Assembly (NCBI GenBank): GCA_041657885.1
Contig: JBBABB010000002.1
Span: 25,483 to 89,482, forward strand
DNA length: 64,000 nt
Origin: Minisyncoccota bacterium
Lineage (GTDB): Bacteria; Patescibacteriota; Minisyncoccia; Phycocordibacterales; UBA9973
Reading direction: 5' to 3'
The position numbers were made by a program, and so were the translations under genes. This document shows positions 9,320-18,994 of this stretch, in pieces. Within the stretch, counting starts at the first letter, position 1; every line of letters starts with the position of its first letter. The notes below the pieces were generated by a model. The model saw only the letters and a program-made list of their open reading frames with translations. It ran no database searches and had not been told where the DNA came from.

Positions 9320-11965
9320 TTACGTTTCTATAATTTTTATACTACTAACTGTAATGGTAGCTTGCTTAAATTCAGTTATGTTATCTCTTGTACAAGAAAT
9401 TTTATAAACAGTTGTTTTCAATGGAACTACCGTTGAGCTACCATTTGGGTTATTAGTTCCTGTACTCCATTCACCAAATCCTGTTTCATTAAGAGCTTTG
9501 CAATTATCAGCATTTGAAGTCCACATAAGAACAGAAGATCTTCCTTTAAATATTTTAGCTGGATTTGGGGTAAAGGTTATTTTTAATAAGTTTCCACCGT
9601 TACCACCAAAAATATTATCCCCGGTGTCCGTACCTGTACCTGTGCCTGTACCTGTGCCTGTACCTGTACCTGTGCCTGTATCTACACTTGTATCGTCACC
9701 AATAGACGCTACACACTTCCCTCCATCCCATCCTGTTCCACTTTCACAACTTGCCCCAACCGGCAGAATATCAAGTGGTAAACTATTATGATTAAGGAAA
9801 AATGTAGTTCCCCCATAAGCAACTGGAATGTTTTTCCTTTCTACTGGGAAAGTAGGAATGACAGCAGATGAAACGACAATTGTATTGTTTGGATTTTTAG
9901 TAACATTAGTTTCTTTTCCTGTTATAGGATTAATAATGTCTATAGTCAAAGTTGTCTCACAATCACTTGCGTTTTCTTCTATCTCACAATCATCTCCAGA
10001 AAGAGTTCCAACAGTACCACCTTCAGGCGAAATATCAACAGGAACCCATGCGCTACAATTATTGTCCTCAACTAACTCTATAACTATTCCTAGACCAGCA
10101 GCAGAATTTTTATCTGCACAAGCTCTAATATAAAATGTTCCAGTAGCTTCAAACGAAATCGATTGTAAAGCGACCGCTGTTTTATCAACTGCAAGAGCAG
10201 ACATCCCCGGTACATCATAATCAGTTAATGTTCCTTCCCCTTCTGGAAGTGTTGATGTTTGAAATAAATTGGTAAAACTTTTACCTGTTGAAATTGAGCC
10301 TTGATTTTTTATTGTTGAGGAAAAATTTGTTGGCGTTTTAACTATCACCGAAAGTGGAGATGGAATTGAAGCTATTAGATCAGGTCTTGGCTCACAGATT
10401 GTTCCATTCCAAATCGTTTTAGGTGCACATGTCGCATTTATCGTCGCACCATTTGGAGTAATAGTTTCTCCGTTGTGATTCAAAAAGAAAGTTGTATTTG
10501 GATAATCAACTGTTATATTTGGTTTTTCTACTGGGAAAGTATTGATAATCGCAGAAGGAACAACGAGTGTATTTGGTTCAGGAATATTTTTTGTGACATT
10601 TGTTGGTGCTTTTGTAACCGGCTTATAAACATTTAATGTCAATGTTGTCTCACAATTGCTTTCATTCATTTTTATAACACAATCATTTCCACTTATACTT
10701 CCACCATTTGGGTCAACTGGCATTGTAACAATAACTTCTAACCAATCACTACAATTATCCCCTTCATCACTTTCTGTAATTTCACCTAAACTATCTCTAT
10801 TGCTTTTATCTGCACAAGCCCTGACAAAAAACGTTCCTTCTTCACCAAATACATACACCTGAGAAGCAGTACCAGAAGCCCCTTCGTTTAATTTCCCCAT
10901 TGTGGTTGGGTCTAAACCTATAGCTATTGTCTCGTCTTCCTTATCAGTCGTTACTTGGAAAAAGTTTGAAAAACCTTTATTGGTAGAGACATCTCCCGTA
11001 TTGCTAATTATTGAGGTATATGAATTAGAAACACCAACTTCTACTTTTGCTGGAGTATAAGTTGGAACTGAAGCTTTAAGATTAGGTTTATTTAGAGGAA
11101 CTTCAGGATTTTCACTATTACCACATCCCCAATCTATTCCGTAATTTTTTGCAACACTAGCTGAAAACCAACATGAATAAGGTGTGCAGTTATTCCCTTC
11201 ATCTGACTCATTGACATCTGACTCTACATCTGTACAAAATCTTACTTTATACCCTGTATAAGTCCCATTGGCTCCATTATTCTCTGCTGGGAAAGTAACT
11301 GGGGAGAAATTTGAAACTGCGTGACCCGCAGCAACTATCATTGGCATCTTATATTTACCGGTAATGAGGGCATTTTCTTTCCATGTAGTATTAGGAATAG
11401 TTGCTGGCTCAATAATGTTACCATTTTGGTCTAACCTTGCAGTTTTAGAAATTATTTCGTAAGAATTATAAAAAGATGTTTTTGTGCTAGAACCAATAGA
11501 GTTCCACACTCCTGGTCGAAAAGTTACGGGGTTACCAGCAGGATATCTCGCATTATTGTATTGAGAAGAACCGTTCGAATTTATCGTCAAATCTGATGGC
11601 TGATAAGTAACAACAAGAGTAGGAGTTATTGTGGTTTTTGTTACTTCAAAATTTTTACATATTAATTCATACTCTGTTGTGATTACAGGATAAACTGAAG
11701 TTGAAACTGTGGTTGTAACTGTAGGGTTTGAAATAGGATGTGATGAAATAAAAATATTACTTCCACCGTTATAATCAAAAAAATCACAAGAACTAGCTCC
11801 AACTACTTTCCAGGAAAGTGTTGCTGATTGACCTTCAATAATACTAGTCGGACTAGGGGCAAAATTGGTGATAACAATATCTGTTACAGCAAAGGTTTTA
11901 CTTGCAATAAATAAAGAGCCAAAAACAAATAGACCTGACACAAAAATTTTTAATAGATTTTTCAT
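9320..11965 (-). CDS. Giant secreted surface protein (881 aa) with two CARDB-like modules and a (TG)n linker. Paralog of the protein at 1336-5859.
   Basis: Signal peptide MKNLLKIFVSGLFVFGSLFIASKTFA resembles the paralog's. Motifs FVRACADKSNRDSLGEITESDEGDNCSDW and YIRACADKNSAAGLGIVIELVEDNNCSAW are present. The C-terminal Ig-like module is homologous to the paralog's. Confidence 0.85.
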   Translation of the reverse strand: MKNLLKIFVSGLFVFGSLFIASKTFAVTDIVITNFAPSPTSIIEGQSATLSWKVVGASSCDFFDYNGGSNIFISSHPISNPTVTTTVSTSVYPVITTEYELICKNFEVTKTTITPTLVVTYQPSDLTINSNGSSQYNNARYPAGNPVTFRPGVWNSIGSSTKTSFYNSYEIISKTARLDQNGNIIEPATIPNTTWKENALITGKYKMPMIVAAGHAVSNFSPVTFPAENNGANGTYTGYKVRFCTDVESDVNESDEGNNCTPYSCWFSASVAKNYGIDWGCGNSENPEVPLNKPNLKASVPTYTPAKVEVGVSNSYTSIISNTGDVSTNKGFSNFFQVTTDKEDETIAIGLDPTTMGKLNEGASGTASQVYVFGEEGTFFVRACADKSNRDSLGEITESDEGDNCSDWLEVIVTMPVDPNGGSISGNDCVIKMNESNCETTLTLNVYKPVTKAPTNVTKNIPEPNTLVVPSAIINTFPVEKPNITVDYPNTTFFLNHNGETITPNGATINATCAPKTIWNGTICEPRPDLIASIPSPLSVIVKTPTNFSSTIKNQGSISTGKSFTNLFQTSTLPEGEGTLTDYDVPGMSALAVDKTAVALQSISFEATGTFYIRACADKNSAAGLGIVIELVEDNNCSAWVPVDISPEGGTVGTLSGDDCEIEENASDCETTLTIDIINPITGKETNVTKNPNNTIVVSSAVIPTFPVERKNIPVAYGGTTFFLNHNSLPLDILPVGASCESGTGWDGGKCVASIGDDTSVDTGTGTGTGTGTGTGTGTDTGDNIFGGNGGNLLKITFTPNPAKIFKGRSSVLMWTSNADNCKALNETGFGEWSTGTNNPNGSSTVVPLKTTVYKISCTRDNITEFKQATITVSSIKIIET
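9632..9700. repeat. Hexanucleotide microsatellite (cctgtacctgtg)n encoding the in-frame dipeptide run DTGTGTGTGTGTGTGTGTDTGD.
   Basis: Tandem CCTGTA/CCTGTG units are visible inside the CDS. Confidence 0.85.
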
Positions 11966-12121
11966 ATTTAATAAATTATTAATAATAAACTAACTACTTA
12001 CAATTATATCATCTCCATTGACTAATTAAAAGCATTGCGGTAACATTACCTATGTAAGTCCGTTCTCGAACCGGGCTTTTATTTTTAGAAAAATAAGGAG
12101 CAAGGCGACTATATTTTTCTT

Positions 12122-12171
12122 ACCCCCACACCTACTTTGGGATTCAATTATCAAAGTAGGTGTGGGGATGG
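12122..12171. repeat. Short P-family hairpin (ACCCCCACACCTACTTTG ... CAAAGTAGGTGTGGGGAT) in the divergent promoter / 5' leader region of nusA.
   Basis: A 17-bp inverted repeat with the same CCCCACACCTA core as the other P elements. Confidence 0.75.
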
Positions 12172-12209
12172 AAATTTTTATATTTCGCTCGGTTCCATTA
12201 AAAATTACC

Positions 12210-13388
12210 ATGTTAGATTTAAAAACAATGAGGTCTGCCCTAGAACAACTTGAGGTTGAAAGAAAAATTCCTCGAGAAAAAATAATTGATGCAATAGAGC
12301 AAGCTCTCGCCGCTGCCTATAAAAAAGATTACGGCAAAAAAGGTCAAATTATCAGAGCAAAGATTGATATAGAAACTGGGAAAATGGAATTTTACCAGAT
12401 TAAAATAGCTGTTGATGATACTTTAGTTAGAATGACCAGTGAAGATGATGAGGAAGAAATTGCTGAAGATGATGAAAGAGTGCGTTTTAACGAAGAACAT
12501 CATATCTTAATAGAAGATGCTAAAAAAATAAAAAATGATGCCATCCCAGGCGAAGAATTAATATTCCCTCTTGAGAATAAAGAGGATTATGGGCGTATCG
12601 CTGCGCAAACAGCCAAGCAAGTCATAATCCAAAAAATCCGCGAAGCAGAGAGAGGTGCAATAATAGAAGAATACGGAACAAAAGAAGGAGAAATAATAAA
12701 CGGCTTCGTTTCAAAAGTAGAAAGAGGAATTGTTTATATTGATTTCAATCGCGCCACTGGAATAATTCTTCCAGAAGAACAAATCCCCGGTGAATTCTAT
12801 AAACGCGGAGAAAGAATTCGCGCATATCTTTACCAAGTAGAAGAAACTCCACGCGGAGTAAATCTTAAACTCTCACGTACTCATCCACAACTTATTGAGG
12901 GATTGTTCGCTATGGAAGCGCCAGAAATAGCTTCGGGAGTTGTTGAAATTAAAGCAATCGCGCGTGAAGCTGGGAGTCGTTCCAAGATTGCTGTATTCTC
13001 AAATGATGAACATGTGGACCCAGTTGGCTCTTGTGTCGGGCAAAAAGGGGTTAGAGTAACTACAGTTATGAGTGAATTAAACGGTGAAAAAATAGATATT
13101 ATTCCTTGGTCTCCTGACGCAGGAACATATATCTCAAGTGCAATTTCTCCAGCAAATGTCTTAAATATTGAAGTAAATGAAGCGGAACATAAGGCAACAG
13201 TGGAAGTTGCAAATGACCAACTCTCTCTTGCTATCGGTAAAGGAGGACAAAATGTTCGTCTTGCTGCAAAACTTACTGGATGGAGAATAGATATAAAGGG
13301 CCTTGAAGAAAATGGCAACCAAATTAAAGAAAATGTAGAAAGTGATGATATACTAGATGACGGTATTGTCGATGACGGTACGAATTAA
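12210..13388 (+). CDS. nusA: Transcription termination/antitermination factor NusA.
   Basis: N-terminus MLDLKTMRSALEQLEVERKIPREKIIDAIEQAL, an S1 domain and KH repeats (GQKGVRV ... AIGKGGQNVRLAAKLTGWRIDI). The ORF track starts at 12162. The ATG at 12210 is the likelier start. Confidence 0.9.
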   Translation: MLDLKTMRSALEQLEVERKIPREKIIDAIEQALAAAYKKDYGKKGQIIRAKIDIETGKMEFYQIKIAVDDTLVRMTSEDDEEEIAEDDERVRFNEEHHILIEDAKKIKNDAIPGEELIFPLENKEDYGRIAAQTAKQVIIQKIREAERGAIIEEYGTKEGEIINGFVSKVERGIVYIDFNRATGIILPEEQIPGEFYKRGERIRAYLYQVEETPRGVNLKLSRTHPQLIEGLFAMEAPEIASGVVEIKAIAREAGSRSKIAVFSNDEHVDPVGSCVGQKGVRVTTVMSELNGEKIDIIPWSPDAGTYISSAISPANVLNIEVNEAEHKATVEVANDQLSLAIGKGGQNVRLAAKLTGWRIDIKGLEENGNQIKENVESDDILDDGIVDDGTN

Positions 13389-13395
13389 ATTAGGG

Positions 13396-13427
13396 AAGGT
13401 TCGAATAGTCTACTATTCCGAACCTGA
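13396..13427 (+). terminator. Hairpin terminator after nusA.
   Basis: aGGTTCGaatagtctactattCCGAACCt stem-loop. Confidence 0.5.
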
Positions 13428-13464
13428 CCCACGTTTATTAATTATTAATTAAAAAAATAAATAT

Positions 13465-15495
13465 ATGAATCCATTTATAATATTTGCACTTGTTTCTTCA
13501 GTAGTCGCAATAGTTTACGGTTTGTTTTTAATTAGAGTTGTTATGAGTAAAGGTGCTGGCGATGAAAAAATGAAAGCCATCGCACTTGCTATTCAGCAAG
13601 GAGCAAAAGCATATTTGAATCGTCAATATAAAACAATTGGCGTTATCGCGGTCGTTCTATTTTTAATAATTGGTTTTGTCCCAATGCTTGGATGGATGAT
13701 GGCTGTTAGTTTCCTAGTTGGAGCAATTCTTTCGGCTCTTGCCGGATATATCGGAATGAATGTTTCCGTTCGGGCAAATGTCCGCACCACAGAAGAAGCA
13801 AAAAAAGGATTAAAAGAAGCCCTCGGTCTTGCTTTCAAAGGAGGCAGTGTCACTGGACTTCTTGTTGTTGGTCTTGCTCTTTTAGGAGTTACAGTATTTT
13901 ATTTAATCGCAACTCATTTTGTCGGCGCTGGTGCAGTCAGGTCACTCGTCGGACTTTCTTTCGGAGCAAGTTTGATTTCAGTTTTCGCTCGCTTGGGTGG
14001 TGGAATCTTTACAAAAGCTGCTGATGTCGGGGCAGACCTCGTTGGAAAAGTTGAAGCTGGAATCCCAGAAGATGACCCTAGAAATCCCGCAGTTATTGCC
14101 GACAACGTCGGAGATAATGTTGGTGACTGTGCAGGTATGGCGGCGGATTTATTTGAAACTTATGCTGTGACATCTGTTGCAACTATGCTTTTGGGCTCTC
14201 TGGTATTTTCTGGATTTGATAATGCCATAATTTACCCTCTCGCTATCGGCGGAGTTTCAATTATTTCTACAATTATCGGAACATGGTTCGTTCGTCTTGG
14301 AAAAAAGAAAAACATAATGGGGGCTTTGTATAAAGGACTTGCTATTTCTGCAATTCTTTCTGCAATTGGTTTCTACCCGATTACAAAATGGCTAATGTCA
14401 GCGCAAACTACTTACTCAGTTGGCAATCTATATATGAGTGCTCTCGTCGGAATAATCGTCACGGTTCTTATCATTGTCATCACAGAATATTACACTTCAA
14501 CAAAATATAATCCGGTAAAATCTATCGCAAAAGCGTCCCTTTCAGGACACGGCACAAACGTAATTCAGGGCTTAGCAATCTCAATGAAGTCCACAGCTCT
14601 TCCACTTCTTTCTATTGTCGCGGGAATTTTAGCTTCATATTATTTCGGAGAACTATATGGTATTGCAATCGCTGCAATGTCGATGCTTTCTCTCACTGGT
14701 ATCATTGTCGCCATCGATTCATTCGGACCTATTACAGATAACGCCGGTGGTATTGCTGAAATGGCAGGATTACCTGATAGTGTTCGTGCCGTTACAGACC
14801 CACTTGATGCTGTTGGCAACACAACAAAGGCGGTTACAAAAGGTTACGCTATTGGTTCCGCCGGACTCGCTGCACTCGTCCTCTTCTCATCTTATACACA
14901 AGAATTCGCAGACCTAGGACACAAATTAAATTTTGACCTCGGCAATCCTCTCGTTATCGCTGGACTTTTGCTCGGTGGATTGCTTCCTTATTATTTCGGA
15001 GCTCTTTGTATGGAAGCTGTTGGTAAAGCCGCAGGAAAAGTTGTGGAAGAAGTTCGCCGACAATTCCGCGATATCAAAGGTATTATGACAGGCGAAGGCA
15101 AACCTGACTATGCAACTTGCGTAGATATCGTCACAACTGGTGCCATTAAACAAATGATTCTTCCAGCATTAATCCCAGTTCTTGCTCCAATACTTGTTGG
15201 GTTCATACTTGGCCCTGAAGCACTCGGTGGACTTCTCGTTGGATCAATCGTGACTGGAATATTCCTCGCCATCTCAATGACCTCGGGTGGAGGCGCATGG
15301 GACAATGCCAAGAAATATATTGAACTTGGAAATCATGGCGGTAAAGGAAGTGATGCACACAAGGCAGCCGTTACCGGAGACACAGTTGGCGACCCTTACA
15401 AAGACACAGCGGGGCCTGCTATCAATCCAATGATAAAAATCTTAAACATCATCGCCTTGATTCTTGTGCCTATCTTGGTGGCAATTTGGTTTTAA
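13465..15495 (+). CDS. hppA: Membrane-bound H+-translocating pyrophosphatase, K+-independent type (GNTTKA).
   Basis: Multi-TM protein with [12 protein letters not shown], the DNVGDNVGD motif and [18 protein letters not shown]. Confidence 0.93.
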   Translation: MNPFIIFALVSSVVAIVYGLFLIRVVMSKGAGDEKMKAIALAIQQGAKAYLNRQYKTIGVIAVVLFLIIGFVPMLGWMMAVSFLVGAILSALAGYIGMNVSVRANVRTTEEAKKGLKEALGLAFKGGSVTGLLVVGLALLGVTVFYLIATHFVGAGAVRSLVGLSFGASLISVFARLGGGIFTKAADVGADLVGKVEAGIPEDDPRNPAVIADNVGDNVGDCAGMAADLFETYAVTSVATMLLGSLVFSGFDNAIIYPLAIGGVSIISTIIGTWFVRLGKKKNIMGALYKGLAISAILSAIGFYPITKWLMSAQTTYSVGNLYMSALVGIIVTVLIIVITEYYTSTKYNPVKSIAKASLSGHGTNVIQGLAISMKSTALPLLSIVAGILASYYFGELYGIAIAAMSMLSLTGIIVAIDSFGPITDNAGGIAEMAGLPDSVRAVTDPLDAVGNTTKAVTKGYAIGSAGLAALVLFSSYTQEFADLGHKLNFDLGNPLVIAGLLLGGLLPYYFGALCMEAVGKAAGKVVEEVRRQFRDIKGIMTGEGKPDYATCVDIVTTGAIKQMILPALIPVLAPILVGFILGPEALGGLLVGSIVTGIFLAISMTSGGGAWDNAKKYIELGNHGGKGSDAHKAAVTGDTVGDPYKDTAGPAINPMIKILNIIALILVPILVAIWF

Positions 15496-15519
15496 TAAAT
15501 CTAAAAAATCATTCAACTA

Positions 15520-15548
15520 TTGACTATGTCTTTATATAAAGATATACT
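15520..15548 (+). promoter_or_regulatory. Near-consensus sigma70-like promoter TTGACT-17-TATACT.
   Basis: TTGACT at 15520-15525, a 17-nt spacer, TATACT at 15543-15548. Confidence 0.55.
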
Positions 15549-15596
15549 CTAAGAGTCTAATGGTTTATCCATAAACTGTTAGGGTATTACATCCAA

Positions 15597-15630
15597 GGGT
15601 AGCCCTCCGCGAGGAGGGTTACTTTTATTT
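15597..15630 (+). terminator. Intrinsic terminator: GC hairpin CCCTCC-GCGA-GGAGGG followed by a T-run.
   Basis: A perfect 6-bp GC stem followed by TTACTTTTATTT. Confidence 0.6.
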
Positions 15631-15760
15631 CTGGTCTCTATATCGTAGGTCACGTCCCCATATATCATTTTCAATTTAAATACTAAAAATATATTAATTT
15701 CTAAGGTACCAAAATGGATACTTAAAGATTTTTGACAAAAGTGCTTCATCCATATAAGAT

Positions 15761-16903
15761 ATGGATACTATGAAAACAACAATAAAAAAATTAGAAAAAA
15801 GCGAAATAGAAATAGTGGGCTCTATAGAAGTCGCTGAATTTGAGAAATATGAGGGCAAAGCGCTCGAAAGAATCGGCGAGCGCCTTGAACTTCCTGGTTT
15901 TCGAAAAGGGAAAGCCCCGAGTGGAATTGTGAAAGAAAACGTTCAAGAAATGGAACTATTGGAAGAAACGGCAGAGCTTGCATTGATGGATAATTATATG
16001 AAAATCTTGGAAGAGAATAAGATAGATGCTATCGGTCGTCCACAAATCGCAATTACAAAAATCGGAAAGGGTTCTGACCTAGAATTCAAAATCGTCACTG
16101 CTGTTCTTCCAGAAATGAAACTTCCTGATTATAAAAAAATTGCAAAAGAACAAAGTGGAAAAGAGGACAACAAGCGAGAAATTATTGTTGATGAAAAAGA
16201 TGTAGAAAAAGTAATTCTTGACCTTCGCAAAATGCGAGCTGAGCAGGCTCGTGGTAGTAATCATGTTGGCCATGAGAACATGACAGAAGAACCTGCCCGC
16301 CCTCACGATCATTCGGGAGCAGGCGGGGAACATGCAAAAGCCCATGCTGAATCTGCCTCATCGGCAGATAAAATTCCAGAAAGTGAATACCCTATTTTTG
16401 ATGATGCATTCGCAAAAACTTTTGGTGACTTCAAAGATGCTGGGGCATTCAAAGAAAAAATTCGCAGTAATATAAAAATAGAAAAGGAAACCGAGCAGAA
16501 AGACAAACTGCGCCTTGTGATAGTGGAAGAGCTAGTGAAACTAACCGAAGGAGAAATTCCTGAGATTTTAATAGAAAGTGAGATAGATAAAATAATGTAT
16601 CGGCTAGAAGCAGACATCACAAATGCTGGATTAAAACTAGAAGATTATTTAAAACAAATAAATAAAACCGATGCGGATTTGAGAAAAGAATGGCGAGCAG
16701 ACGCAGAGAAACGCGCGAAACTTCAAATGATAATCCATACAATCTCTGAAAAAGAAAATCTAAAACCAACCGAAGAAGAAATTGTAAAAGACGTTACACA
16801 AATCACAACTATGTACAAAGATGCCGACCCCACTCGTGCTCGTTCGTACGTAGAACAAATGTTAGAAAATGAGAAGGTGTTTAAGTTTTTAGAAACACAA
16901 TAA
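15761..16903 (+). CDS. tig: Trigger factor.
   Basis: N-terminal PGFRKGKAP signature. Carries an in-frame GC-rich insertion encoding [13 protein letters not shown] at 16291-16331. Confidence 0.88.
   Translation: MDTMKTTIKKLEKSEIEIVGSIEVAEFEKYEGKALERIGERLELPGFRKGKAPSGIVKENVQEMELLEETAELALMDNYMKILEENKIDAIGRPQIAITKIGKGSDLEFKIVTAVLPEMKLPDYKKIAKEQSGKEDNKREIIVDEKDVEKVILDLRKMRAEQARGSNHVGHENMTEEPARPHDHSGAGGEHAKAHAESASSADKIPESEYPIFDDAFAKTFGDFKDAGAFKEKIRSNIKIEKETEQKDKLRLVIVEELVKLTEGEIPEILIESEIDKIMYRLEADITNAGLKLEDYLKQINKTDADLRKEWRADAEKRAKLQMIIHTISEKENLKPTEEEIVKDVTQITTMYKDADPTRARSYVEQMLENEKVFKFLETQ
16291..16331. repeat. GC-rich hairpin element, family D (CCTGCCCGCCCTCAC..ATTCGGGAGCAGGCGGGGA), in-frame inside tig.
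   Basis: A near-identical copy sits at 44398-44441 in the helicase C-terminus. Both encode ARPH..SGAGGE. Confidence 0.75.
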
Positions 16904-16944
16904 ATCGTTCCACAGGATTATTATCAATATGCTATAATAGCCTT

Positions 16945-17535
16945 ATGCTTATACCAACAGTTATAGAAAAATCACAATTCGGCGAAAGAGCTTATGATAT
17001 ATACTCTCGCCTTTTAAACGAACGCATTATTTTCCTTGGTGGTCCAATAGACGACCACGTCGCTAATTTAATTATCGCTCAGCTTCTTTATTTGGACCAT
17101 ACCGACCCAAAAAAAGATATTTCACTTTATATCAACTCCCCTGGCGGTTCAGTTACAGCTGGGCTTGCAATTATAGACACAATGAATTTTGTAAAAAGTG
17201 ATGTCTCCACAATTTGCGTCGGCATAGCTGCATCAATGGGAGCACTTATTCTTTCATCGGGACAAAAAGGCAAAAGATTTTCTCTCCCAAATTCAGAAGT
17301 TATGATTCACCAAGTTATGGGAGGCACCGAAGGCCAAGCAAGTGATATTGCAATCAATGCAAAACACATCCTTCGCACAAAAGATACTTTGAATAAAATT
17401 CTTGCCCAAAATACAAATAAAAAAATTGACCAAGTTGATAAAGATTCCGACCGCGACTACTGGATGACCGCTGATGAAGCAAAGAAATACAACATCGTCG
17501 ACGACATTATCACAAAACAAAAAGCTGGAAAATAA
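16945..17535 (+). CDS. clpP: ATP-dependent Clp protease proteolytic subunit.
   Basis: GIAASMGA with the active-site Ser, and the MIHQ His. Position is conserved immediately after tig. Confidence 0.95.
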   Translation: MLIPTVIEKSQFGERAYDIYSRLLNERIIFLGGPIDDHVANLIIAQLLYLDHTDPKKDISLYINSPGGSVTAGLAIIDTMNFVKSDVSTICVGIAASMGALILSSGQKGKRFSLPNSEVMIHQVMGGTEGQASDIAINAKHILRTKDTLNKILAQNTNKKIDQVDKDSDRDYWMTADEAKKYNIVDDIITKQKAGK

Positions 17536-17627
17536 AAAATACCAAAAAACCTAGCAAGGTCTTTCCTCTAGTATCCCCGAGGTAAGTCCTTGCTGGGCTT
17601 TCTATTTGTTGCATTATTTGTTGCATA

Positions 17628-18704
17628 ATGCTACAATTAGTGCAACAAATGATTAAATTAACAGAAAGACAAAAAAAAATATTAGGATTTATAACAGAAA
17701 ATACCCAAATCGGTATCTCAGAAATTCTTGAGTTTATAAACAAAAATGAGTTAGAAATTACTCGTTTTTCTATTATCCGTGATTTAAATATACTTATTGA
17801 GAATAACCTAGTAAAAAAAGTGGGTGGTGGCCGTTCTACAAAATATACACCAAAGGAAAATGATACTCTCCATAAATATATTGATATTGATGATTATTTC
17901 AAAAAACCACAAGATGAGAGGGTTCTTATCTCAAAAAACTTTGAATTTAACATTTTTGAAAAAATAAATAATTTATTTACAAAAGAACAACTAGAAAAAA
18001 TAAACGTTCTTAACAATAAATTTAGAGAAAATATAAATAAAATTTCTCCGACCATAAAAAAACTAGAAATGGAGAGATTTATCATAGAATTATCTTGGAA
18101 ATCATCGCAAATAGAAGGAAATACTTACTCGCTGCTGGATACAGAATATTTAATCAAAAATAAAATTGAAGCTGAAGGACATAAAAAAGAAGAAGCCATT
18201 ATGATTTTGAATCATAAAATTACTTTAGATTTTATAAATAAAAATACTTCTTATTTCAAATCAATATCTATAAAAAAAATAGAGGAGCTACATAAACTTA
18301 TAACGGAAGGATTAGGAGTCAATCATGGAATTAGAAAATCTCCAGTCGGGATTACGGGGACAAATTATATTCCGCTTGATAATGAATATCAGATAAAAGA
18401 AGCTATAAAAAAAATGACTGAGAGAATAAACAAAGAAGTAGATCCAATTATAAAAGCATTCCTATCTTTATCTATTATTTCTTATATACAACCATTTGAA
18501 GACGGAAATAAGAGAACAGCGCGACTACTCGCAAATGCGATACTTATCGCTCACAATTACTGCCCACTATCATACAGAAGCGTCAAAGAGGTTGATTATA
18601 AAAAAGCAATTTTAGTGTTTTATGAGTCTCACAATCTTGATCCACTAAAAAGAATGTTTGTTGAGCAATTTGAATTCGCTATTAAAAATTATTTTAGAAA
18701 ATAA
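17628..18704 (+). CDS. Fic/Doc-family protein with an N-terminal wHTH. Its core motif is the non-canonical QPFEDGNKRTAR.
   Basis: Fic fold motif .PF.DGN.R..R is present, but the catalytic His is Gln and the second Gly is Lys, which is Doc-like. wHTH: LTERQKKILGFITENTQIGISEILEFI. Confidence 0.75.
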   Translation: MLQLVQQMIKLTERQKKILGFITENTQIGISEILEFINKNELEITRFSIIRDLNILIENNLVKKVGGGRSTKYTPKENDTLHKYIDIDDYFKKPQDERVLISKNFEFNIFEKINNLFTKEQLEKINVLNNKFRENINKISPTIKKLEMERFIIELSWKSSQIEGNTYSLLDTEYLIKNKIEAEGHKKEEAIMILNHKITLDFINKNTSYFKSISIKKIEELHKLITEGLGVNHGIRKSPVGITGTNYIPLDNEYQIKEAIKKMTERINKEVDPIIKAFLSLSIISYIQPFEDGNKRTARLLANAILIAHNYCPLSYRSVKEVDYKKAILVFYESHNLDPLKRMFVEQFEFAIKNYFRK

Positions 18705-18716
18705 TATACAAACAAA

Positions 18717-18752
18717 AATGCCCTCCGACCTAGGTCGGAGGGCATTCCCTTT
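18717..18752 (+). terminator. Strong intrinsic terminator after the fic-family gene.
   Basis: aTGCCCTCCGACC-tag-GTCGGAGGGCAt then TCCCTTT. Confidence 0.7.
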
Positions 18753-18994
18753 ACCACCATAATTCTGCCGACTAATTAGGCTCTAGACAAAACCGCGGTT
18801 TTGGAGTATTATGGAAGTATCGAATTTTAAAAGTTTTATTGAAATGTTCGCTTTTTTAATGCAGTCACGATATCGATTTTTTTATGAATTTATTTAATTT
18901 TCAGTCTTGTTCTAAATCAATCATACATGTTCGAATAAACTGCCCATTTATGGGTGGAATAATCTCTGTGTTTTAAAAGCGGCAAAAAGTCACT

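Noticed and set aside
12881-15311. Antisense ORFs inside nusA and hppA (12881-13318, 13623-13853, 13914-14105, 14640-14822, 15108-15311 minus)
   Set aside because: They lie entirely within well-supported conserved genes on the opposite strand and have no motifs. They are open by chance in locally GC-richer coding DNA.
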